Positions 9,134 through 18,790 of a stretch of 64,000 bases of DNA are shown here, in pieces. A program made the position numbers and the translations under genes. Position 1 is the first letter of the stretch. Each line of letters opens with the position of its first letter. Under the pieces are notes generated by a model. The model was not told where the DNA came from. It saw nothing but the letters and a program-made list of their open reading frames with translations, and ran no database searches. Where the stretch lies: the NCBI GenBank assembly GCA_021845685.1, contig JAJZVN010000010.1, positions 3,096 to 67,095 of the forward strand, in the 5' to 3' direction. This stretch comes from a bacterium. GTDB taxonomy: Bacteria > SZUA-79 > Acidulodesulfobacterales > Acidulodesulfobacteraceae.

Positions 9134-9556
9134 TTACATTATTCTGCCGGCTTTTCCTAATAATGTCATTATATTGTTAAATACAAAAATAAAAATTGCG
9201 GCGAATTCAATAAATGCAAAAATAGAAAAGAATAATAGCGTTATTAAGCTATAGCCTGGATTGTCGCTTGATATTATCCAAATTAATGCCATTCCCAATA
9301 ATCCAATATTTGCCAAATAAAATTGTATGATTATTAATCTATTGCTATAAAGTTTAAAACCGCTGAATCTCGGAAGCACATGATAGCCTACCGAATATAT
9401 CATCATAGCTATAAAACCTAATAGAAGAAAGTGTACATGCGTTAAAAGAAGATAATTCACCGAAGGCGGATAAACTGCCATTATAAAACCTAATAACGCT
9501 CCTAAAACAAAATATAACAAAGACGAAATAGTAAAATAACGCATAGCAGGACTCAT
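9134..9556 (-). CDS. hypothetical 4-TM membrane protein
   Basis: 140-aa hydrophobic ORF with a GGGAG RBS. The THVHFLLLGF...YHVLPRF segment is faintly reminiscent of haem-copper oxidase subunit I helices. Function unknown. Confidence 0.5.
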   Translation of the reverse strand: MSPAMRYFTISSLLYFVLGALLGFIMAVYPPSVNYLLLTHVHFLLLGFIAMMIYSVGYHVLPRFSGFKLYSNRLIIIQFYLANIGLLGMALIWIISSDNPGYSLITLLFFSIFAFIEFAAIFIFVFNNIMTLLGKAGRIM

Positions 9557-9632
9557 AAGCTACTCCCGTAAAATTTTATTTATTTATTTATTTATTTATT
9601 AAAAGTAAAGCTTAGCAACAGAATTATATCCT

Positions 9633-9694
9633 TAAATGAATTATATACAAAAAAAGAATCTACTGAGATATTTGACTTTTTTAAAGATATCATC
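9633..9694 (+). repeat. 62-bp copy of an internal nusB fragment (inverted relative to nusB)
   Basis: taaatgaattatatacaaaaaaagaatctactgagatatttgacttttttaaagatatcatc equals the reverse complement of 12139-12200 with one mismatch. Confidence 0.85.
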
Positions 9695-9794
9695 GTAAAA
9701 TTTTAAATTGTTTATGTAATAATATAATTATAAATAATTAAGATTTAATAAAAAATGATAAAAATCACACATTGTATTAGGTATTAGCAACGCA

Positions 9795-10430
9795 TTAATT
9801 TTTATTATTTTTATAATAATTGCAGTATTGAGTTAAAAAACATGAAGAGCATTTAGGATTTCTGGCGATGCAGTAAGTGCGGCCGTGATTTATAAGCCAT
9901 CTGTGCATTTTCATCCACAGTTCAGGTTTAATAAGATTGGTTAAATCAGTTTCTGTATTTTCAACATTAGTAGAATTAGCAAGACCTATACGATTTGATA
10001 CTCTAAAAACATGTGTGTCGACAGGAAATCTGTTTTGTCCGTAATAGGTTCCAAGAATAACATTCGCGGATTTTCTGCCTATGCCGGGCAAATCGACAAG
10101 CGCGTCAAAATCGGTAGGAACATCGTTGTTAAATTTATTTTTTAATATTTTAGAAGTTTCGATTATATTTTTGGCTTTAGTATGATACATACCGCAGGTT
10201 TTAATTTGATTTTCAAATATTTCTAACGGAACTTCGGCAAGTTCAGAAGGTTTTTTGTATAATTGAAATAATTCTTCAGTTATTATATTGACCCTCTTAT
10301 CTGTGCATTGAGCGGATAAAATCACGGCAATAAGAAGCTGAAATGCATTGTTATAATTTAAAAAAGGTTTTAAATCCCCATAATTTTTTTCAAATAAATC
10401 AATAATATTATTTAATTGAATTTTATTCAT
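9795..10430 (-). CDS. nth: endonuclease III (DNA glycosylase/AP lyase)
   Basis: 211 aa. HhH-GPD region LVDLPGIGRKSANVIL and a C-terminal 4Fe-4S cluster motif C-X6-C-X2-C-X5-C (CIARNPKCSSCFLTQYC). Confidence 0.85.
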   Translation of the reverse strand: MNKIQLNNIIDLFEKNYGDLKPFLNYNNAFQLLIAVILSAQCTDKRVNIITEELFQLYKKPSELAEVPLEIFENQIKTCGMYHTKAKNIIETSKILKNKFNNDVPTDFDALVDLPGIGRKSANVILGTYYGQNRFPVDTHVFRVSNRIGLANSTNVENTETDLTNLIKPELWMKMHRWLINHGRTYCIARNPKCSSCFLTQYCNYYKNNKN

Positions 10431-10697
10431 ATATAATTATAAATTTTAAAAATAGGCCTGAATTTTCCTTTATATTATATATATACATAACGATACTTGG
10501 TTTGTTGCGTATTTCATTTTATTTATATGTATAATATGTATAAGTTTAATAAACTGTGTTAATTTTATTTTAAGCTTTTACAATAAATATCTTGCTTGAA
10601 AGAGGGCATTTAATATAATTTATCTAATAAAATATTACCGTCAAGATGATAATATGTTTGCCGCATTTTCTTGAAAAACAGCGTTAATATAATTTGC

Positions 10698-11420
10698 TTA
10701 ATAAGAGTTAATAATATTTTGCTGTATTTCGGTTAATTGTAAAACAGCCTTTTTAGCAATATCGCCAAATTTATTTATAAGTTCAAAATCTATCGGAGTT
10801 TTTTCGGCGCATCCTTGAATTTCAATTAATTTTCCGCTGCCTGTCATTATAAAATTAAAATCAAGTTCGGCGTTAGAATCTTCCGAGTAATCAAGATCAA
10901 GCAAAATTTCATTATTTACAATCCCGATACTGATAGCTGCAACAGAGTCATAAAACGGCATTTTTTCAATTCTGTTTTGTTTCAACAAACTTAGAAAAGC
11001 TAAATGTGCAGCCACATATGCACCGGTGATAGAAGCAGTCCTTGTTCCTCCGTCCGCGCTGATAACATCGCAGTCAATTAACAGGGTGATATCGGGAAAA
11101 TCCGAAAAATTAGCGACAGTTCTTAAAGTTCTTCCAATAAGTCTTTGAATTTCCTGAGCCCTGCCGTTAATCTTTCCTTTTGAAGAATCTCGAGGCATTC
11201 TGGTTTGGGTAGATCGGGGCAGCATAGAATATTCCGCAGTAATCCAGCCCTGCCTTTTATCTTTTAGAAAAGGAGGAACTTTATTTTCAACGCTGGCAGT
11301 GCAGATTACTTTAGTATCGCCGGATTTAATAAGACATGACCCTTCAGCATATTTCATAAAGTCCGGAATTATAGTTACTTCCCTCATTTCATCAAAAGCG
11401 CGATTTTTTTTTCTTAGCAT
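10698..11420 (-). CDS. rph: ribonuclease PH
   Basis: 240 aa with the typical RNase PH N-terminus (R..DEMREV.I...F.K.AEGSCLI..GDTKVICTASVE) and GGTRTASITGA. Confidence 0.9.
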   Translation of the reverse strand: MLRKKNRAFDEMREVTIIPDFMKYAEGSCLIKSGDTKVICTASVENKVPPFLKDKRQGWITAEYSMLPRSTQTRMPRDSSKGKINGRAQEIQRLIGRTLRTVANFSDFPDITLLIDCDVISADGGTRTASITGAYVAAHLAFLSLLKQNRIEKMPFYDSVAAISIGIVNNEILLDLDYSEDSNAELDFNFIMTGSGKLIEIQGCAEKTPIDFELINKFGDIAKKAVLQLTEIQQNIINSY

Positions 11421-11527
11421 AAATTTGATTATTATAATTTATAATATTATTATTTTTAAATATTTATAGTATATATGCTATAAATATTTAATTAACCGTG
11501 TTATAGATATTAAGTTTAAAGAACAGT

Positions 11528-11776
11528 TTAAGCCGATGCCCATTTTTTATTCTGAATCAAAAACATATAAAGATCATTAAGCTTAATTGTATTCAAAAGT
11601 TTAGTGTTGATTAACGAGCATACCGACGGTATATCGTTAAGCATAGATTCTTTATCAGAGACAACCATAAGCATATCTTCAGGTTTTAATGTTTTAAGTT
11701 TTCCGACGACCGCCAGAACAGGAGGACCTCAGCATAAACCTCTGATATCCAAAGTATTAATAGAGTTGTTATCCAT
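11528..11776 (-). CDS. TusA/SirA-family sulfur-carrier-like protein with in-frame UGA (predicted selenocysteine) at codon 16
   Basis: Manual minus-strand translation: MDNNSINTLDIRGLC-U-GPPVLAVVGKLKTLKPEDMLMVVSDKESMLNDIPSVCSLINTKLLNTIKLNDLYMFLIQNKKWASA. The TGA (11729-11731) aligns with the catalytic Cys of TusA (GLRCPEPV). GGAGGG lies upstream of the ATG, and a SECIS-like hairpin follows the UGA. Confidence 0.65.
11701..11718 (-). promoter_or_regulatory. candidate bacterial SECIS upper stem-loop
   Basis: On the mRNA: UUCUGGC-GGUC-GUCGGAA. This is a 7-bp stem including 2 G.U pairs, with apical loop GGUC, beginning 10-11 nt after the UGA. Loop sequence and spacing match E. coli fdhF SECIS to within 1 nt. 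Confidence 0.5.
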
Positions 11777-11880
11777 TTTATTTAATTACCCTCCGCCCTT
11801 ATTTTTAAATATTTATATTTATATTTTGAATTGCCGTAAATTTATGAATACCTTTAATTACATCAGGTTTTATGTTTAAT

Positions 11881-12351
11881 TTATAAGTTTATATTTTGAA
11901 TTGCCGCATCAAGAATACCGTTTATAAAAAATGGAGACTCTTCATTGCCAAATTTTTTTGCTATTTCAATAGCCTCATTAATGGTGACATTTTTGGGAAT
12001 TTCAGAATGAAAAAGCATTTCAAAAATAGATTGTCTTAAAATATTTCTATCAATTCTTGACATTCTGTCAATAGACCAATTTTTAGATACTTTTTGAATT
12101 AAAAAATCAATTTTTTCAATATTATTCAAAGTTCCTATGATGATATCTTTAAAAAAGTCAAATATCTCAGTAGATTCTTTTTTTGTGTATAATTCATTTA
12201 CGGAATTAATAAAACCGTTATACATCAAGCTTTCCGAGGCGAAATCTTTAAAAAAAGTATTAATTCTAAGATCTATAGAATAATTAATGCCCCCGTCTGC
12301 TTCATATAAAAATTGTACCGCAAGTTCCCTTGCCATTCTTCTTTTTGTCAT
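11881..12351 (-). CDS. nusB: transcription antitermination factor NusB
   Basis: 156 aa. RRMARELAVQFLYE start and the conserved position downstream of ribH. Confidence 0.85.
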   Translation of the reverse strand: MTKRRMARELAVQFLYEADGGINYSIDLRINTFFKDFASESLMYNGFINSVNELYTKKESTEIFDFFKDIIIGTLNNIEKIDFLIQKVSKNWSIDRMSRIDRNILRQSIFEMLFHSEIPKNVTINEAIEIAKKFGNEESPFFINGILDAAIQNINL

Positions 12352-12427
12352 TATTTAGATGTCTATTTATAGATATAGATTATAGATATAGAAAAATTTT
12401 ATATTAAACTCATAATATAAAGTAATA

Positions 12428-12898
12428 TTATTTTTTAAGTTTTGAAAATAATGTAACCATTTCAACAATGGACATTGCAGCATCAAAACCTTTATTGCCC
12501 ATTTTAGTGCCTGCCCTTGATATAGCCTGTTCTATTGATTCAGAAGTAATAATGCCGTAACTTATAGGGGTATTAGAGTTAACAGCCAGCTCGGAAATCA
12601 TTTTAGTAACTTGCTGCGATAATAAATCAAAATGATTAGTTTCCCCTCTGATCAAAGTACCCAAGCAGATAATACCGTCATATTTTTTTGTTTCCGTCAT
12701 TATTTTTATAGCCATAGGAAGTTCAAATGCGCCGGGTACCTTAACTACGGTTATATCAGATTCATTAGCTCCGGAACGTCTTAAATAGTCTAATGCGCCG
12801 TCTAAAAGTTTTGAATTGATGAATTCATTAAATCTTGCCATTGCAATGCCGAATTTAAATCCTGCGGCGCTGAGATTTCCTTCAATTAAATTGTACAT
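12428..12898 (-). CDS. ribH: 6,7-dimethyl-8-ribityllumazine synthase
   Basis: 156 aa. FGIAMARFNEFI...VKVPGAFELP...GTLIRGETNHFD. Confidence 0.9.
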   Translation of the reverse strand: MYNLIEGNLSAAGFKFGIAMARFNEFINSKLLDGALDYLRRSGANESDITVVKVPGAFELPMAIKIMTETKKYDGIICLGTLIRGETNHFDLLSQQVTKMISELAVNSNTPISYGIITSESIEQAISRAGTKMGNKGFDAAMSIVEMVTLFSKLKK

Positions 12899-12930
12899 TA
12901 AAACACCCCATTTAACTTAAATTGTTTTAT

Positions 12931-14151
12931 TTATTTTGATTTGATATTTTTTATATTTAATATATGTCCCATTTTTTCTTTTTTAGTTGTTAAATAGTGC
13001 AAATTTTTATGTGTAGGGCAAATTTCAATCGGCACTCTCTCAACTATGCTAAGACCGTAGCCTTCAAGTCCTATAATTTTTTTTGGATTATTTGTCATTA
13101 ATTTCATTTTTCCTACCCCTAAATCAACTAAAATTTGAGCTCCGACGCCGTATTCTCTCAAATCTGCTTTAAAACCTAATTTTTCATTGGCTTCAACAGT
13201 GTCGTAACCTTTGTCCTGCAGGTTGTAAGCCTTAAGTTTATTTACAAGCCCTATACCTCTGCCTTCCTGACTTAAATAAAGTATAACGCCTTTGCCCGCT
13301 CTATTTATCATTTCCATAGCATTTTTCAGCTGATCTCCGCAGTCGCATTTTTCAGAACCGAAAACATCGCCTGTCAGGCATTGGGAATGAACTCTCACAA
13401 GAATAGGGTCGTCTTTTTTTATTTCTCCCTTAACCAAGGCGACATGTTCTTTAAAATCAATATCATTTGAATAAACGATAATCTTGAATTCACCGCCGTA
13501 TTTTGTGGGAATTTTAGATTCGACCATTCTTTTTACATGTTTTTCATGTTTTACTCTATAATTTATAATATCCTGTATTGTCAATATTTTTAAATCATGC
13601 TGTTTGGCAAATTCAATTAAATCAGGCATTCTTGCCATAGTCCCATCATCTTTCATAATTTCGCATATTACACCCGCAGGTTTAAGTCCCGCAATACTTG
13701 CAATATCGGTAGAACCTTCTGTTTGCCCCGTCCTGACAAGAACACCGCCGTTTTTAGCGGTAATTGGAAAAATGTGTCCGGGTCTTACAATGTCTGTAGG
13801 TTTTGCATTATCTTTAACAGCCGTAAGTATAGTATGAGATCTGTCATAAGCGGAAATGCCGGTAGTAACCCCTTCCGCCGCTTCTATCGAAACAGTAAAG
13901 GCAGTCGAAAATTTAGACTGATTGTTTGCAGCCTGGGGATGCAGATTTAACGAATCGGCTTTTTCCTGTGTTAATGTAAGACATATTAATCCCCTTGCAT
14001 ATTTTGTCATAAAATTAATTGCTTCAGGGGTTACCATTTCAGCTGCCATCGTAAGATCGCCCTCATTTTCTCTATCTTCATCGTCGACTAATATAATCAT
14101 TTTACCTTTTCTTATTTCTTCTGCCGCTTCTTCAACTGTTGTCATTGGCAT
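12931..14151 (-). CDS. ribBA: bifunctional 3,4-dihydroxy-2-butanone-4-phosphate synthase / GTP cyclohydrolase II
   Basis: 406 aa. [11 protein letters not shown] (DHBP synthase) and [18 protein letters not shown] (GCH II zinc site). Confidence 0.9.
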   Translation of the reverse strand: MPMTTVEEAAEEIRKGKMIILVDDEDRENEGDLTMAAEMVTPEAINFMTKYARGLICLTLTQEKADSLNLHPQAANNQSKFSTAFTVSIEAAEGVTTGISAYDRSHTILTAVKDNAKPTDIVRPGHIFPITAKNGGVLVRTGQTEGSTDIASIAGLKPAGVICEIMKDDGTMARMPDLIEFAKQHDLKILTIQDIINYRVKHEKHVKRMVESKIPTKYGGEFKIIVYSNDIDFKEHVALVKGEIKKDDPILVRVHSQCLTGDVFGSEKCDCGDQLKNAMEMINRAGKGVILYLSQEGRGIGLVNKLKAYNLQDKGYDTVEANEKLGFKADLREYGVGAQILVDLGVGKMKLMTNNPKKIIGLEGYGLSIVERVPIEICPTHKNLHYLTTKKEKMGHILNIKNIKSK

Positions 14152-14318
14152 AATAAAACCTCATTAAATTAATTTATTAAATTATTTAATAATAATATTG
14201 TTTTTATAATATTTATAGTTTAAATTATCCTCTATCTTGCAATAGAACTTTTAAATATGCTTAAAATGCTTATAATCTTTAATATTATATAATTATAGCA
14301 TTATATATATGCAAATAT

Positions 14319-15080
14319 TTATTTGATAAAACCGTTTTCATAAAGAAATTCATAAGTGATATTGGATTTTTTTATATTTTTAAAGTTATTATGATACTGA
14401 GCATTAAAATTATTATTTGATATATGTTCATTTTCATTATAGTTTTTTTTATCAATGAAATAGTTATCCTTACGGTTTGCATTTTCCGTTAGTCTCGCGG
14501 AACTATTGACGGCGGCTTTTTCTATTATATCAAATTCAATATTAACATACCCGCCTATTTTTTTATTTTCTAAATTTGTAAATTTATAAGTTAAAGGTAT
14601 AATGCTTACGTAAAAATCATTATTTTTAATTTCATTAATTGTAAGACTGATGCCGTCAATGGCAATAGAACCTTTATTAATTAAATATTTAGACGATTCT
14701 ATATCATTATTTGCTATGCCGATAATATAGGCATTATTATACTGTTGTTTGCTTATAATTTTTCCTACCCCGTCTATATGACCTAATACAAAATGCCCCG
14801 ATATGTCGCTATTTACGGACAAAGCAGGTTCAATGTTAACTTTAGTCCCTATTTTCATATATTTTAATGTTGATTTTTTAAATGTTTCCGGTGAAAAATC
14901 AAAATTAACTGTTTTCCCGTTTATGCTTTTTACGGTAAGACATATACCGTTAACGGATATACTTTGTCCTATATAAGCTTTCTTAGAGCATTCTAAAATA
15001 TAAACGCCTAAAATTCCGCTGTTTGAGTGCAATAATATAGATTTTATTTCACCTTTTTCTTTAATTATTCCTGTGAACAT
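14319..15080 (-). CDS. ribE: riboflavin synthase alpha chain, with an Asn-rich C-terminal extension
   Basis: 253 aa. MFTGIIKEKGEI start and two lumazine-binding repeats. About 50 extra low-complexity residues at the C-terminus. Confidence 0.8.
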   Translation of the reverse strand: MFTGIIKEKGEIKSILLHSNSGILGVYILECSKKAYIGQSISVNGICLTVKSINGKTVNFDFSPETFKKSTLKYMKIGTKVNIEPALSVNSDISGHFVLGHIDGVGKIISKQQYNNAYIIGIANNDIESSKYLINKGSIAIDGISLTINEIKNNDFYVSIIPLTYKFTNLENKKIGGYVNIEFDIIEKAAVNSSARLTENANRKDNYFIDKKNYNENEHISNNNFNAQYHNNFKNIKKSNITYEFLYENGFIK

Positions 15081-15129
15081 AATTTATTCTGATTATTTAT
15101 TTACAATTTATTTATATCAGATTATCAGA

Positions 15130-16443
15130 TTATTCAGTATAATAAATTAAAAAAACATCATCGCCTGTTTTTTTAATATCCAAATTTTTAAACTTAATTA
15201 ATTGCTTATCTGCATATAAATCGTCCAAACTTTTTTTGACGGTATTTGTAAACGGGAAATTATTATTTAATTTATTCAGCTTATTTAAATTAGCAAAATT
15301 TATCAAATCAAATGCGTCAATAGTGCCGGCATTTCCGATTATATAAGGAGTTATATTTAATACTAATTTATCATAAAGATTATTTAATATAATATATGCA
15401 AATAAATGCTGTCCAGACTCAATTAATATGCTTGTTATGCCGTATTCGGCACATATTCTGAAAATTTCGGCAATATCAAGGTATTTGTATTGTTTTTTTT
15501 TAATAAAATTATTGCCGGCAATTAAATAATTTTCTAAATAATCTCCATAGTTATTATTATAATATACTTCTTTTATAATTGCACCTTTTTGTTCAAGCAT
15601 TTTTTTTCTTTTCAGTTTTTCTCCGCTATATTCAAAAGAAGTAAAAATAATAACTTTATCATTCGGATCCTTAAATAAAAATAAGTTAGAATTAAGCGGA
15701 GTTATAAGATTTGAGTCAAGAATGATTCTTGTAAATTTTTTTTTTGCACCGTTCCTATGATTTTTAACATACCGTATATTTAATTTAGGATTATCTATCG
15801 CAATAGTATTTGCGGATACCATAATAGCGTCATGTAAAAGCCGCAAATTGTGAGTGTATTTTAAAGATTTTTCTGATGACATATAAAGCGGAGTGTTTTT
15901 CGAGGCATTGCCGTTGCTTGCCGTATTTTTATTTAAAAATCCTATCTTTCCGTCTAAACTGATTGCAATTTTAATTGTGATAAAAGGGAGATTGGAAGTA
16001 ATATTTTTTAAAAATATTTCATTTAATTTTTTTGCTTTGTCTTCTAAAATGCCGTATTTAATTTCAATTCCGTTGCTTTCAAGATATTGAAAACCGCTGC
16101 CGGAAACCGATGGGTTCGGATCCTTAATAGCAGCGACCACACGTTTAATTCCGTATTGTTTAATTGATTCAACGCACGGAGGAGTTTTTCCGAAATGGCT
16201 GCATGGTTCTAAACTTACGTATAAAGTTGCCCCTTTAGCATTATTGCCTGCCATTTTAAGAGCGTTAATTTCAGCATGCGGTTCCCCTGCTTTTTTATGA
16301 TACCCGAATCCTATAATTTCCTTGTTTTTAACAATTACGGAGCCGACCATAGGATTGGGAGAGGTAAAACCGGCAGCCTTTTTTGCAAGATTTAATGTTT
16401 TAGCTATGTAATATTCATCGCTGTATTTAGCATATTTAACCAT
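15130..16443 (-). CDS. ribD: bifunctional riboflavin biosynthesis deaminase/reductase RibD
   Basis: 437 aa. Deaminase zinc motif HAEINAL...PCSHFGKTPPC. The reductase half carries low-complexity insertions. Confidence 0.85.
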   Translation of the reverse strand: MVKYAKYSDEYYIAKTLNLAKKAAGFTSPNPMVGSVIVKNKEIIGFGYHKKAGEPHAEINALKMAGNNAKGATLYVSLEPCSHFGKTPPCVESIKQYGIKRVVAAIKDPNPSVSGSGFQYLESNGIEIKYGILEDKAKKLNEIFLKNITSNLPFITIKIAISLDGKIGFLNKNTASNGNASKNTPLYMSSEKSLKYTHNLRLLHDAIMVSANTIAIDNPKLNIRYVKNHRNGAKKKFTRIILDSNLITPLNSNLFLFKDPNDKVIIFTSFEYSGEKLKRKKMLEQKGAIIKEVYYNNNYGDYLENYLIAGNNFIKKKQYKYLDIAEIFRICAEYGITSILIESGQHLFAYIILNNLYDKLVLNITPYIIGNAGTIDAFDLINFANLNKLNKLNNNFPFTNTVKKSLDDLYADKQLIKFKNLDIKKTGDDVFLIYYTE

Positions 16444-16444
16444 T

Positions 16445-16900
16445 TTATTTTTTTTCTATAAAATCGGATACTGTTTCATATAATTCGTTTATATCTTTAA
16501 ATGATAGATAAACAGAAGCAAATCTCACATAGCTTATAGCGTCGATATTTTTTAGTTTATTGAGAGCAAATTTTCCTATCTCCGTGCTTTGTATTTCGCT
16601 TAAGCTGCTTTCCTCAATCCATTTTTCTACAGATCGGGTTATATTTTCGATATTTTCTATAGAAACAGGTCTTTTTTCACAAGCTTTAATCAAACCGTTT
16701 AATATTTTTTGCCTGTCAAAAACTTCACGTCTGCCATCTTTTTTTATAATCAAGGGTAATGATACGACAATAGTTTCTAATGTGAAAAATTTTCTTCCGC
16801 AAAAATTACACTGTCTTTTTCTGCGGACAGTCGCAGCATCCTTAGACAATCTTGAATCTATAACTTTATCGTCTTCGCTTGAACAAAAAGGACATTTCAT
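16445..16900 (-). CDS. nrdR: transcriptional repressor NrdR
   Basis: 151 aa. MKCPFCSSEDDKVIDSR zinc ribbon plus ATP-cone. Stop is adjacent to the ribD start. Confidence 0.9.
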   Translation of the reverse strand: MKCPFCSSEDDKVIDSRLSKDAATVRRKRQCNFCGRKFFTLETIVVSLPLIIKKDGRREVFDRQKILNGLIKACEKRPVSIENIENITRSVEKWIEESSLSEIQSTEIGKFALNKLKNIDAISYVRFASVYLSFKDINELYETVSDFIEKK

Positions 16901-16951
16901 ATATATATATTTATATATTGTTTATTATTATATAGTTACTTATTTAGTTAC

Positions 16952-17108
16952 TTAACTCAACTTCACCGTTTTTATTATTATAAAATTATAACTTATTGAT
17001 ATTGTTGCATTTTATTTTTTATTTTATAATCCCCATAGACATTTTTATTGCCCCCATAAATATAGTAATATCAATATGCTGCTGTTAATTATGGTGAAGT
17101 AGGGTTAA
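16952..17108. mobile_element. MITE family 2, copy a (~157 bp)
   Basis: Terminal inverted repeats ttaactcaacttcacc / ggtgaagtagggttaa. The internal duplicated ccccata motif is shared with the copies at 23354 and 40254. Confidence 0.7.
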
Positions 17109-17560
17109 TTAGTTACTTAGTTAGTTACTTGTTTTAGTTATTCGCATAAATAAATTTAATTCATAAAATAAAAAATAATTAATTATTTTTAAGCGATCAA
17201 TAATGTATAATAAATATAGATACTTAAAATAAATTATCTGCTATATCCGTTTTTATTATATTTTATTATAAATATAACTTAAGTATAATAATTTAATTAT
17301 AAATAAATAATATAAATAAAAATACAATAATATAAATAAAAATACTATGAAATAGAATTAAAATATACTGCACCTATTGTCAAGACGTTTTTTTAGTTTT
17401 CTTACTCTAAATTTTAACAGATTTTCGGGTTCATTATAAATTTTTTAACCATGCGGTTTATTATCTTATAATTTTTATTTATAAAAATATTATTATTATA
17501 ATATGAATTTATAAAAATAAAAAACTAAAAATTTAAAATTTAAGAATAAAAAATAAAAAT

Positions 17561-18274
17561 ATGGCTTTCAAAATTTTTACTAGAAATAAAAGTGCTTTTA
17601 CATTAATTGAAATCGTGATGGTTTTAATTTTAATCGGAATATTAGGAATAATAGGAATTGCAGGACTGAATTCCGCAGTTTCAAGCGATAGGGCAATTTA
17701 TGAAAGACAACTTGAATCATCTATAAGATATGCACAGCAGTATTCAATGTCTCATTATTGCTTTACATTTGTAGTTTTTACAAACCCTCCTGCAAATTCT
17801 ACGTCAAATGCGTCAAATGCCTGTTCTATATCTTCATCCGGCGGAAACTCAGCTATAGAATATGGCGGATATCAAATATGCGCATGTCCTTCGTCAAATA
17901 CTTCAACAAATAACGGCAATTCATATGCCCCTGTTTTAATAAATAATCCGTTATCGCAAGTTACAAGTTACTTTCAAGTAGCATTTAACTATGGAATAAA
18001 ATATTCGGTTCAGAACAGTACCAATGTTACGCCGACAAGTATTAGCGGAAATTATTTTGCATTCAATTCTGAAGGTCAACCCGGAACTTTTGGCACAATT
18101 AGTAGTCCAAGCGATATGTGTGTATCCGGCAATGCTGCACCATTTACGCTGTTTAATATTTCCAATAATACAAACCCGATTTATTTTCTTCAAATTTCTT
18201 TCGGCAATATCCCCTCTGATTCTTTTTATATTTATCCGAACACAGGTCTTGTAAGCAGCAACGGTTCCCTGTAA
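17561..18274 (+). CDS. prepilin-type N-terminal cleavage/methylation domain protein (pilin/pseudopilin-like)
   Basis: 237 aa. NKSAFTLIEIVMVLILIGILG class-III signal, with a Ser/Asn/Cys-rich remainder. No other pilus or T2SS genes nearby. Confidence 0.6.
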   Translation: MAFKIFTRNKSAFTLIEIVMVLILIGILGIIGIAGLNSAVSSDRAIYERQLESSIRYAQQYSMSHYCFTFVVFTNPPANSTSNASNACSISSSGGNSAIEYGGYQICACPSSNTSTNNGNSYAPVLINNPLSQVTSYFQVAFNYGIKYSVQNSTNVTPTSISGNYFAFNSEGQPGTFGTISSPSDMCVSGNAAPFTLFNISNNTNPIYFLQISFGNIPSDSFYIYPNTGLVSSNGSL

Positions 18275-18557
18275 TGATAATATTAAATTTGCAGGCAAAA
18301 CTAACCATAATCTATAATTTCTAATGGAAATTTTTATTCTATAATGATATAATATTGTAATTTTAAAATATATAAATTAAATATCAACACGGCAAAAAAT
18401 TTATTTTATTATTTTATTTATTTATAAGTTATTTATAAAATTTATTTATAAAATAATTTGCAGGCTTATAATACGGCTATTAATATGATGATATAGTATT
18501 GCTATTAATTTATTTTTCAATATAATTATAATTCAACATTAATAATTATATTATATT

Positions 18558-18719
18558 TAAATCACCGTTAGAAATTATTAAAACTGATTCAGCATATGAT
18601 AAATACTGGATTCCCGCTTTCGCTGGAATGACACCAAACAGGTTAAAATTTAAACCTTCTCAAAGTCATTCCTGCGTTGGCAGAAATCAAGAAAAAGAAA
18701 TTTCTAACGGTGATTTAAG
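18558..18719. mobile_element. MITE family 1, copy a (~162 bp)
   Basis: TIRs ttaaatcaccgttagaaat / atttctaacggtgatttaa. The core holds two ATTCC-N-GGAAT dyads (tggattcccgctttcgctggaatgaca ... gtcattcctgcgttggcag). Confidence 0.75.
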
Positions 18720-18790
18720 GTATTATATATATAAACTAAATAAATAAATTAAATTATCCAAAGATTATCAAACAAAAGGGGGAATTATTT

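Noticed and set aside
8941-9300. A full-length tmRNA (ssrA) gene starting at GGGGGATTCTAG...
   Set aside because: No T-arm (GGTTCGA-type) or ACCA 3' end, and no Ala-initiated tag frame ending in AA, occurs within ~400 nt. The region beyond 9030 is AT-rich and then becomes the 3' end of a minus-strand CDS. Only the resemblance of the first ~24 nt is retained, as a low-confidence note.
11604-11879. 91-aa + strand ORF from the supplied track.
   Set aside because: It is the antisense shadow of the minus-strand TusA-like gene. It has no RBS, a low-complexity Ser/Ile/Leu composition, and no family resemblance. The minus strand gives a clean TusA-type sequence interrupted only by one TGA.
16901-17560. 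An FMN (RFN) riboswitch expected upstream of the rib operon.
   Set aside because: No GGGTGAAATTCC, CCGACGG or AAGTCCGGATG core motifs occur on the minus strand upstream of nrdR-ribD, or between the rib genes. The region contains only a MITE and AT-rich DNA. The partial CGACGG...AAAGTCCG resemblance in island A (8957-8981) is on the wrong strand and at the wrong locus.
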